A DNA stretch of 64,000 bases. Source: Candidatus Heimdallarchaeota archaeon (GTDB taxonomy: Archaea > Asgardarchaeota > Heimdallarchaeia > Heimdallarchaeales > Heimdallarchaeaceae). This document shows positions 20,964-28,835 of this stretch, piece after piece. The notes beneath the pieces are model-generated. The model searched no databases and had not been told where the DNA came from. It saw nothing but the letters and a program-made list of their open reading frames with translations. The stretch spans positions 32,001 through 96,000 of the forward strand of contig JAUVXV010000003.1 in NCBI GenBank assembly GCA_030603365.1. The letters run 5' to 3'. Position numbers and translations under genes: made by a program. How positions within the stretch are numbered: position 1 is the stretch's first letter; each line of letters starts with the position of its first letter.

Positions 20964-21437
20964 ATGTCAAAAACACTAATTGCTTATGGAACACGCTATG
21001 GCGCAACAGCTGAAGTTGCTGAAGAGATGTCAAAAATATTGAGGGAGAAATTCCAATTGGAAGTTGAAGTGATAAATCTTGAAGAAATTTTTCCAAAAGG
21101 AAAAGAATTAGCGATATATACCAATATTATTATTGGGAGTGGAATAAAAGTTGGGTAATGGGTTAATCGTGCTAAAAGATTCTTGAAAAGTGACTTTGAA
21201 AGTAAGAAAGTAGCTGTTTATGTATGCTCTAGAAGATCAGGAGAACCTGAATTATATGATTATGCTTACGAGAACTATATTAAGAAAATATTGTTAAAAA
21301 ATCTTAAGACTAAGCCAGTTGCACAAGAAGCTTTTGGGGGACGAAAACCACTAAAAGATGATAATTTCTATGAAAATAGAAACTGGAATAAAATTAAGGA
21401 ATGGACAATGGAAGTAGGAGAAATGTTCTCTCTCTAG
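20964..21437 (+). pseudogene. Flavodoxin (HemG-like) interrupted by an in-frame TAA at 21156-21158
   Basis: IAYGTRYGATAEVAE...IIIGSGIKVG*WVNRAKRFLK...KVAVYVC...AFGG...RNWNKIKEW read in one frame. Confidence 0.85.
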
Positions 21438-21442
21438 ATTTC

Positions 21443-22093
21443 TTAAATCCTCCTATAAGCACAATTGAACATGTCACAGTTCTCGCAATCTCTCAATCCC
21501 AGTTCTTTATCAACCTCTTTTCCAATGTTAATGGCAAATGACACAGATTTTACTGGGTTCATCATCATAGAAGATGTGAGAGAAACACCTATCTTTGAAC
21601 TGTCAAGAAGCTCAAAAATAGTTTTTTGCCCTTTACCTAATTCCCACTGACAATAACCGGGACTAAATCTACATGTTGTATCTTTTCCTTGAATCTCCAT
21701 TGATAATTCGTTTAGAATAGTTTGGTTAACATGTTCAGCTGTTTGCTCAGCTGCGTGGGATGCTATTGCATTTAATATGACACCTTTAGCTAATTCTCCT
21801 TTCTGTAGATGCTCTCTAGTATGTGTCTCTAACTTTTTTCCTATAGTGCAGATTGCAAAAACTGTTATTTCTGATTTATTGAATAAGAATTTTGGTTCTA
21901 GTTCTTTGCTCTCAAAACTATCATAGATTGCTCTTGATTGAATTAACAGTAGAGCCTCGTCTGTCATTCTCTTTATGTCATCTACCAGGGCTTGAGGTGC
22001 TTTTCTAATGTTATCTTCAGAATTCTTGCTTTGGAGTAAGCGTAGAATTTCATTAGTGTCTAATTTGATAACCAAGTTTTTCAGAATTTTCAC
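21443..22093 (-). CDS. Methionine synthase B12 reactivation (AdoMet-binding) domain, stand-alone
   Basis: FAICTIG, RFSPGYC, IGVSLTSSMMMNPVKSVS, C-terminal CxxC...CxYR. Probable GTG start at 22093 behind GAGGA. Confidence 0.88.
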   Translation of the reverse strand: MKILKNLVIKLDTNEILRLLQSKNSEDNIRKAPQALVDDIKRMTDEALLLIQSRAIYDSFESKELEPKFLFNKSEITVFAICTIGKKLETHTREHLQKGELAKGVILNAIASHAAEQTAEHVNQTILNELSMEIQGKDTTCRFSPGYCQWELGKGQKTIFELLDSSKIGVSLTSSMMMNPVKSVSFAINIGKEVDKELGLRDCENCDMFNCAYRRI

Positions 22094-22103
22094 TTTTTTC
22101 TCC

Positions 22104-22982
22104 TCAAAGTTTCTCTTTAATTCGAACAATGAATTCTGGGCTAGTTCCACAGCACCCACCAATGACTCTAGCACCACCTTTCACCATCTGGTGTAAGTCA
22201 ACAGAAAATTCCTCTGCTGATGTAGGATAGACAGTTTTCCCTTCATGCAATTGTGGTTTTCCAGCATTAGGTTTTGCAGAAATTGGAAGGTTTGTTTCAT
22301 TTGAAATTAGAGAGATTAGATCTATCATTTCATCACTGCCGATTGTACAATTTGCACCAATAACATCTGCACCTGCTTTCTCAAGAGTTTTGACACAATC
22401 TATAACAGAATTCCCCATTATGGTGAAGAATCCACGTTTGGTTTTTTGATAAGTAATAGATGCAAAAATAGGAATATTTGAGACATTTTTTGCTGCTTTT
22501 ACAGCTGCTTCAGCTTCTTTAAGATCAACCATTGTCTCAATAAAGAAAAAATCTACTCCTGCAGCAGCTAGAAAACCTGCTTGTTCTAGAAAATTCTCGT
22601 AGAAGTCATCAATAGTTACATTTCCCACAGGTGGAAGAAAAGCTCCAGAAGGGCCAATGTCTCCTGCTATGTAACGGTCATCAGGACAGATTTCTTTAAC
22701 TAATTCTACAGCTTTTTGATTATACTTCTCAACGCTATTTCCATGTTTGTGAGCAGACAATTTCATTCCAGATCCACCAAAAGTATTAGTAAGAACTGCA
22801 TCGGATCCAGCATTGAAGTAATCTAAATGGATTTTTTGTATATTTTCAGGATGTGAAACATTCCAATATTCTGGTGGGATTCCAGGTTCTAAACCTTGGT
22901 TGATGAGCAAAGACCCCATAGCTCCATCTAGTGTGATTACTCTCTCTTGTATTAGCTTTAATATGGGTTTCTTACTACTCAG
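22104..22982 (-). CDS. Homocysteine S-methyltransferase domain (MetH N-terminal), stand-alone
   Basis: LDGAMG, AGDIGPSG, FIETM, GANC, PNAG, IGGCCGT. The LDGA motif lies upstream of ATG 22919, so the start is probably CTG 22982. Confidence 0.9.
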   Translation of the reverse strand: MSSKKPILKLIQERVITLDGAMGSLLINQGLEPGIPPEYWNVSHPENIQKIHLDYFNAGSDAVLTNTFGGSGMKLSAHKHGNSVEKYNQKAVELVKEICPDDRYIAGDIGPSGAFLPPVGNVTIDDFYENFLEQAGFLAAAGVDFFFIETMVDLKEAEAAVKAAKNVSNIPIFASITYQKTKRGFFTIMGNSVIDCVKTLEKAGADVIGANCTIGSDEMIDLISLISNETNLPISAKPNAGKPQLHEGKTVYPTSAEEFSVDLHQMVKGGARVIGGCCGTSPEFIVRIKEKL

Positions 22983-22993
22983 AGAAAAACCTC

Positions 22994-23629
22994 CTAATCT
23001 TCTAGTACTTTTTTCGCTAACTTAACTGCACTTACTGCATTTTCAGCAGAACCATCTGCTCCTATTTCCTCTACCCACTTCTTAGAGATTGGAGCACCTC
23101 CAATAAGAACTTTGAATTTATCTCTAATATTCTTCTCTTTGAGCTGATCAATTAGTTTTTTTTGACCCACCATAGTGGTAGTTAGTAGTGCAGAAATACA
23201 GATGATATTTGCGTCAATCTCAATTGCTTTTTCAATGAAAGTTTTTACAGGAACATCTGCTCCTAAATCGTGAACATCAAATCCTTCAGCTGTTAACATA
23301 GAAGCTACAAGTGTCTTTCCAATGTCATGAATGTCTCCTTCGATGGTTCCAATTACAACTTTTCCTCGAAACCTATCTTCTTTTCCTTCCTCAAGAACAG
23401 GCTGAAAGATAACCATCGCAGCTTTCATAGCTTCAGCACTACGCATTAATTCTGGTAGGAAAAACTCTCCTTCTTCAAATAAATCACCAGCTTCACGTAT
23501 AGCTAATGAGAAAGCATCGATTGCTTCATTGACATCTAGCTTCTCATGGATGACTTTGTGAGCTAGCTCTTCTGCTAAACTAATGTCCCCACTTAAAATT
23601 GCACTTTTACATTCTTCACTGAAAGACAA
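22994..23629 (-). CDS. Corrinoid (B12-binding) methyl-carrier protein, MttC/MtbC/MetH cap+B12 type
   Basis: FFLPELMRSAEAMK, GTIEGDIHDIGK, DLGADVP, SALLTTTM, LIGGAP. Confidence 0.95.
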   Translation of the reverse strand: MSFSEECKSAILSGDISLAEELAHKVIHEKLDVNEAIDAFSLAIREAGDLFEEGEFFLPELMRSAEAMKAAMVIFQPVLEEGKEDRFRGKVVIGTIEGDIHDIGKTLVASMLTAEGFDVHDLGADVPVKTFIEKAIEIDANIICISALLTTTMVGQKKLIDQLKEKNIRDKFKVLIGGAPISKKWVEEIGADGSAENAVSAVKLAKKVLED

Positions 23630-23706
23630 ACTTTTTCACCATTGGCTTAACGTTATTACAAATAGTGAGTAAAATTATCTGTTAATTAGACTTTCTCTTT
23701 CTTTTC

Positions 23707-24090
23707 TTATTCGTGACAAGCTTTAATTGTCCAATCAACTACTGGTTGAAGAGCTTTAGATAATTCCTTTCCTTTATCTGAAAGTGAATATTCTACCTTT
23801 GGAGGAATTTCTGCATGAATCTCTCTAATAAGTAATCCTTCCTCTGACAATTCATTCAAGCGTACAGATAGTGTAGCATCACTGATTTTATTTTGCTTCC
23901 ACCCTTTACGCAATAACTCCCTCAATTCATTATATCTTACTTTTCTACCATCACTTAAAATATTGATTAGTTGAATGCTCCATTTTTTACCAATAAGATT
24001 CAATACTCTTTGAGCAGGTATAAAACAAGGAAAGCCGTTTTTTTCATGTGAGCATTTCACGACAGAGGGGGATTCATTAATTTTACTCAT
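23707..24090 (-). CDS. HxlR-family winged-helix transcription regulator
   Basis: LIGKKWSIQLI, RYNEL, TLSVRLNEL, EIPPKVEYSLSDKG; N-terminal Cys residues. Confidence 0.92.
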   Translation of the reverse strand: MSKINESPSVVKCSHEKNGFPCFIPAQRVLNLIGKKWSIQLINILSDGRKVRYNELRELLRKGWKQNKISDATLSVRLNELSEEGLLIREIHAEIPPKVEYSLSDKGKELSKALQPVVDWTIKACHE

Positions 24091-24147
24091 AATACTTCAC
24101 AATTACAGAGTTACTTAAAAAACTATTAGAGAGACCTTATATATAAA

Positions 24148-24189
24148 TACTTTCATATCTAAAGTAATAACACTTTAAGAACTAAAGCA
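24148..24189. promoter_or_regulatory. Tandem inverted-repeat boxes, probable HxlR operator
   Basis: TACTTT-N7-AAAGTA (24148-24166) and CACTTT-N7-AAAGCA (24171-24189), right after a TATA-like TTATATATAAA, between divergent genes. Confidence 0.55.
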
Positions 24190-24201
24190 AGGTTATGGAA
24201 A

Positions 24202-24357
24202 ATGAACGAAGATTGTAAAGGCAAACATCACAATTGTGGAGAATTTGCAGGAAATGAAGACAAAGAAACAAAATTGAAACACTTGAAAGAATGTAAGGAA
24301 AGCTTACTGAAGAAAGTCGAGAAAATCGAAAAAACTATTAATGAATTAGAGGGATAG
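24202..24357 (+). CDS. Small 51-aa Cys/His + coiled-coil protein (not in ORF track)
   Basis: MNEDCKGKHHNCGEFAGNEDKETKLKHLKECKESLLKKVEKIEKTINELEG; divergent from the HxlR gene. Confidence 0.7.
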   Translation: MNEDCKGKHHNCGEFAGNEDKETKLKHLKECKESLLKKVEKIEKTINELEG

Positions 24358-24367
24358 TTTTCCTTCT

Positions 24368-24820
24368 CTATTCTTTTTTTGGAAAATGACCGCTTAATTC
24401 CCAAAATGGTGGAACAAGTTCAAGATCTACAAGTATATCAACTAAACAGAAAGCCCCCCATTGATTTATTACTTTTCCATCTTGATTAACTTCGAGAATT
24501 GACAATCCATCTATCCCTGTTTCTTTGTTGGTTGGTTCAAAACCCCAAGCATTACCTCCATGTTTCATAGTCGCTTTATATCAGACCCAGACTTTATTCT
24601 CTTCAGCAATAATATCCTCTATTGTATAGTTAAGCTCATGAAATGCTGACCTAAAATATTTCATTTCATGTATGACTAATTCTGATCCTTGCTTAGGGAT
24701 TCCAATATATTCAGGTTTAAAATCAGGATGAATAATCTTATGGGCTAGATTAAAATCTGGCTTACTCCACATCTCCTCAAACCATAATCTACCTATTTCT
24801 TTATTCCTTTCTACTGACAT
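24368..24820 (-). pseudogene. SnoaL/ester-cyclase (NTF2-like) gene with an in-frame TGA at 24581-24583
   Basis: ...IEDIIAEENKVWV*YKATMKHGGNAWGFEPTNKE... continuous in one frame. Confidence 0.82.
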
Positions 24821-24865
24821 ACTAGAAAAAACGAATGGGACGTTAATAATTATTTCTAGACGATA

Positions 24866-25831
24866 CTAGAATATTAGCAGACTAAGAACTCTCTGTTTTG
24901 CTTCTAGATACTTATCTTCTTGATTTGATTCGCTAAAGAAACCAGCTGCAGTCATACCAATATATAACTTGTAGCAGAGTAGTCTTTCTTCATAATTTTC
25001 GAAATCTAATAGGTTGGAATCCTTATACTTTTTACAATATAAATTTGAATAGGTATTTTCATCTCGGAAACCCCAGAAGTCTAACCAAGCAATGTCGTAG
25101 ACAAAATCCCCGAAAATAGCGTGCTCCCAATCATAAACTGCCGTTACATTACCATCGTTGTCTGCCAGCACATTGTCATATCCATAATCTGCATGAACTA
25201 AATGACGTTTGGACGAACAAAATTTAACCAATTCCTTAATCTTTGCTGAACCTTGTAAATACAGATCTTCTTCAAATATTCCTGAAGAATATCTTTCGTT
25301 TGTGTGGATTTTCTGTCTCTCTAAAACATCTAATACGTGCTCTTGCATTGACTTAAATTTCGCTTTATTCCATTTCTCCCAGTTTCCATATCCTTTTGTT
25401 TTTGAAACATCTATTGAGTGAATCTGAACTAATACATCTACTAAGGATTCATCAACTAGATGAGTTTTTTCTTTTGGAAAAAGATGAACGAATGATCCTG
25501 GTGCCTTTGTAACAATGCTATAAATGAACTTGTCTTTTTTTGTTTCCTTAAACAGTCCATACTTGATGATTTTAGGGATGGGGATTTGAGTATTATTTTT
25601 AATTGCGATTTTCGATATTATGATTTCTTTTCCAAAAGGATCAGCTTTCCTGAATCTCTTTCTTACTTTTCGAACCTTAATAACAAAATTATTAGAATTG
25701 CTCATGAAAGAAAATGCTTGAGAAATTTCACCACCCTTGAGAATTTCTATGTTTTGTATATCTACACTAAAGCTCTTCTTCAGAAACTCCTCAATTTCAG
25801 AGATACTTACTCTAGTTTTTAGTATAGACAT
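24866..25831 (-). CDS. Aminoglycoside phosphotransferase-like kinase (APH family)
   Basis: GGEISQAF, IPIPKI, LVHADYGYDNVL, YDWE, GDFVYDIA. Confidence 0.88.
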   Translation of the reverse strand: MSILKTRVSISEIEEFLKKSFSVDIQNIEILKGGEISQAFSFMSNSNNFVIKVRKVRKRFRKADPFGKEIIISKIAIKNNTQIPIPKIIKYGLFKETKKDKFIYSIVTKAPGSFVHLFPKEKTHLVDESLVDVLVQIHSIDVSKTKGYGNWEKWNKAKFKSMQEHVLDVLERQKIHTNERYSSGIFEEDLYLQGSAKIKELVKFCSSKRHLVHADYGYDNVLADNDGNVTAVYDWEHAIFGDFVYDIAWLDFWGFRDENTYSNLYCKKYKDSNLLDFENYEERLLCYKLYIGMTAAGFFSESNQEDKYLEAKQRVLSLLIF

Positions 25832-25946
25832 AGTTTTTGAGTAAACAGTTCCGGTTTTAATCTTTTTGTTCGATTAACTTGATAATCAGTCGATTAGGAA
25901 AGGATCATTACTACCTTTAGTTCTAAAATCAATGGTGCAGTTGTAA

Positions 25947-26828
25947 CTAGCATTCAAAAGTTAGAATATCTCCTACTTTGAATGGCTTAACGATGTTTTC
26001 TCCGAAGTATTCTGTCATGAATTTGATCGCTTTTTTACCTGTACAATGACTGAGGTATAGGAGCGGTTTATTGTATTTTTGTTCAAGTTGCTTAGCAACA
26101 TATTCAAGATCTTTTTCTTCAGTTAGAGCAACTAAATGAGTTCCACCAATTATCATCTTAATTTCTCTACCAGGATGAATCTCTTTAGCTCTTGCGCATA
26201 TGTTGAGAACTCCTGCATGACCACAACCTAAGATTAACACCATTCCATCTTTAGTCTTTAGTACAAGTGAAAGATCATCTAGAAGTTCATCCTTGACATA
26301 CTTTCTATCAAGTTTGATTGTCAGTTTGTCTATTTTACTGTGTTTTTCTTTCCATTCATTGATTTCTCCAATAGTGGTGAAAATGGGTGTAATCTCATAA
26401 GGTTCTATTATTTCAGTAAATTCTAGTTTTGACATTATTTCCTCAGAGAGTTTGGGAAAACCTAAATTGCTCCATCGATATTTTAGATATGCTAATATCC
26501 TGAGAATGGGTTGCTTTATTCTTCGTTTTTTAAAAGCATGAGGATGAGCTATTAAGTTCAAAACAGGTGCATCTCCTCTAGCGTACATGAGGGCTTCAAT
26601 ACCGAAAGTATGATCCCAATGACCATGACTAAAAACGACCATGTCAATGGTTTTAGGGTCAATATTGAGTATGTTCATGTTGTTAAGAAGTATAATGCCT
26701 TGATCTCCAGTATCAAACAAGATTGTCTTATTCTCAATTTTAATTAGATAGCATAAACCATCAGATGGAATCAAATCTCTATCGGGTTGAACTTCTTTAT
26801 CTACAATATTTGTTAGCTTGACTTGCAT
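25947..26828 (-). CDS. Metallo-beta-lactamase fold hydrolase
   Basis: ILFDTG, SHGHWDH, GCGHAG, GGTHL, SHCTG. Confidence 0.9.
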   Translation of the reverse strand: MQVKLTNIVDKEVQPDRDLIPSDGLCYLIKIENKTILFDTGDQGIILLNNMNILNIDPKTIDMVVFSHGHWDHTFGIEALMYARGDAPVLNLIAHPHAFKKRRIKQPILRILAYLKYRWSNLGFPKLSEEIMSKLEFTEIIEPYEITPIFTTIGEINEWKEKHSKIDKLTIKLDRKYVKDELLDDLSLVLKTKDGMVLILGCGHAGVLNICARAKEIHPGREIKMIIGGTHLVALTEEKDLEYVAKQLEQKYNKPLLYLSHCTGKKAIKFMTEYFGENIVKPFKVGDILTFEC

Positions 26829-26977
26829 TGCTGGTCAAATTATACTTTTTTACATCTTCTTAATTTTAACTATAAAACACTATTATTTTTCATCCAAGTT
26901 TTATTGTAAAAGAGTGTAGGAAAACTATATAAGACGAACTAGAGATAGTGTACAATCGCTTTAGGAAGCTGAAAAAA

Positions 26978-27823
26978 ATGAAAAAAATAACTCTGAACTC
27001 TATTTTAGTAATAACGAGTTTAATACTCCTAGGATTAATTAGTGGAAACCTAGTCCAAGGTTTGACAACCATTCCCAATACTGCAGGACCAAATAAACTT
27101 CCAAGAAATCAAGCCGAAACATTAGATTTATGGTTGATACAAGACACGAAAGCTATAGTTAATGAAGACACAGAAATGACCTTTGGTGTTCGAAGTCATG
27201 TTGCCGGTGCAATAGATGTTACACTAAGATTATATGATAATGATCCTCCCTCGGTTGAAATCTACCAAGAAACCATTGGTATGATGGAACTTGCAGAATA
27301 TGAATTCACTTATTATTACAACTTTACCTCTACAGGACAACATCCAATAGTCTTTACTGCAGAGGTGGATGGAGGTGGTGAAAATTGGTTGGAGTACTAT
27401 TATTGGGATGTCTATGAAGATGGATTTTTTGTTCTAACGATTGCTCAAGATACAACTACTTATATTGGAGTTGAGAATAGAATGTACTTCAATGTAACCA
27501 ACTATTATAAAATCGGTAAGAACCTAACTCTTCAAGTTGAAATCTATAATGGAACCTATTCAATAATAATCTATGACAATTGGATACCTTTGGATATCTC
27601 CCAAATTTATAGCTTTGATGCATCATACACATTCGATGATACGGGAAATTACGTTGTGTTGTTCAACGTCACTGAAACGGATGCAGATAACCCGTCATGG
27701 TTAGAATACTGTATGTGGGATGTAATTCCTGTAGTATCTGAATTCTATGGATTTTACATACTTCCCTTATTAATATTCATGATTATACCTACCATGTACA
27801 TACGCAAACGTAAGAAACAATAA
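26978..27823 (+). CDS. Secreted two-domain Ig-like surface protein with a C-terminal sorting/anchor tail
   Basis: Signal peptide MKKITL...; two internal repeats ending WLEYYYWDV / WLEYCMWDV; VSEF + TM + RKRKK. Confidence 0.7.
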   Translation: MKKITLNSILVITSLILLGLISGNLVQGLTTIPNTAGPNKLPRNQAETLDLWLIQDTKAIVNEDTEMTFGVRSHVAGAIDVTLRLYDNDPPSVEIYQETIGMMELAEYEFTYYYNFTSTGQHPIVFTAEVDGGGENWLEYYYWDVYEDGFFVLTIAQDTTTYIGVENRMYFNVTNYYKIGKNLTLQVEIYNGTYSIIIYDNWIPLDISQIYSFDASYTFDDTGNYVVLFNVTETDADNPSWLEYCMWDVIPVVSEFYGFYILPLLIFMIIPTMYIRKRKKQ

Positions 27824-27884
27824 TCAATCTAAACCCACTAATTCCTTTTTTTATTATTTATCATACTTCTTTCCACTCTTTGTC

Positions 27885-27954
27885 TATTTTTGTCCCGAGA
27901 CAAAAATATTTTTAAATGATTAGGTGAATCATTTATTGTCTCGAGACGAAAATA
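27885..27954. repeat. Nested palindromes: two 24-bp dyads flanking a TATA-like element and a third inverted repeat
   Basis: TATTTTTGTC-CCGA-GACAAAAATA (27885-27908); ATTTATTGTC-TCGA-GACGAAAATA (27931-27954); TAAATGATT-AGGTG-AATCATTTA (27913-27935). Confidence 0.9.
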
Positions 27955-27965
27955 AGGTGATTGAA

Positions 27966-28835
27966 ATGAATGATAAAGAAAAAAAAGGACCAGGACGACC
28001 CAAAAAATATGCTACAGACGCTGAACGAAAAAAGGCCTATCGTGAGCGCAAGAAGGAAGAACGACAACAATGGGAAAAATCACGAGTTAAACGAATAGTC
28101 GAATTACAAGAAAGAGTTGATAGAATGGAAAAAACTATTGAGACATCAACATACGAAAAAGAAAAAAATAAAGATACTCATGAGCATTTTGTATACCTTG
28201 AGATAAAAGAACAAATCAAAGTTCGTTCAGCTAAATATACTCCATGCGAATTAGCTGAAATGCCACTTGAAGATCTCTTAAGGATTCAAAATACTCTGAA
28301 TTCTAGATATTATGGAAGCTATTATAATCCAATACAAGCAGCATTGGAAACAGCTGTCATGCCCTCAGTTGACCGAGAATTTGATTCACGTAAATCTGAA
28401 CTTGGATTAAAAACTCCTGAAGCGAAGCTAGCAAAGAAGTTAGCTAAAACTAAGGATAGAGCAACTCCCAAGACAGATCAAAAAATCGAGGAATATATAC
28501 AAAAACTCAAAGAAGAAGGTGTTGAATTAACATCTGAAGATGAGCTAGCAATTCGTTCAACAATGGAAAAAAGATCTGATGAAACTAGTAGACCATGGCG
28601 TGCTATAAAATCCCCTTATAGGACAGATCAGTTTATTGATGTTTTTCAAGAATTGATGTTACTCTCCAATGTTCAAGCTGAAATATCTAGTAGAGAACGA
28701 GAATCAAAGCTTGATTCAAGTATTGAAAAACTTGAAAAAAGATTAGAGGATTTGGAAAAAACCATGTCAGATGAGAAAGAGAAATCTGTCAGAGAAAGTT
28801 ATGCTAGACGGAAGGAGAAGAAAGATGGCAGCTGA
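27966..28835 (+). CDS. AT-hook + basic helix + coiled-coil protein, probable DNA-binding protein
   Basis: KKGPGRPKK AT-hook, ATDAERKKAYRERKK basic helix, heptads IVELQERVDRMEK and IEKLEKRLEDLEK. ATG 27966 behind GGTGA SD. Confidence 0.75.
   Translation: MNDKEKKGPGRPKKYATDAERKKAYRERKKEERQQWEKSRVKRIVELQERVDRMEKTIETSTYEKEKNKDTHEHFVYLEIKEQIKVRSAKYTPCELAEMPLEDLLRIQNTLNSRYYGSYYNPIQAALETAVMPSVDREFDSRKSELGLKTPEAKLAKKLAKTKDRATPKTDQKIEEYIQKLKEEGVELTSEDELAIRSTMEKRSDETSRPWRAIKSPYRTDQFIDVFQELMLLSNVQAEISSRERESKLDSSIEKLEKRLEDLEKTMSDEKEKSVRESYARRKEKKDGS

Noticed and set aside
21156-21158. Genome-wide TAA reassignment by the aberrant tRNA
   Set aside because: Many intact genes here end in TAA at their expected C-termini, and the tRNA loop does not place TTA in canonical anticodon register
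24581-24583. In-frame TGA read as selenocysteine
   Set aside because: SnoaL-like family with no catalytic Cys expected at this site, and no SECIS recognised; a simple nonsense change is more likely
24866-25831. Hygromycin/aminoglycoside resistance gene
   Set aside because: Kinase fold is clear but the substrate cannot be inferred, and there is no mobile-element context
27885-27954. CRISPR mini-array or IS terminal repeats
   Set aside because: Only two units with a short self-complementary spacer; no cas or transposase genes nearby
27924-27965. GTG start of the AT-hook protein at 27924
   Set aside because: Lies within the palindromic/promoter region; ATG 27966 has a well-spaced GGTGA SD
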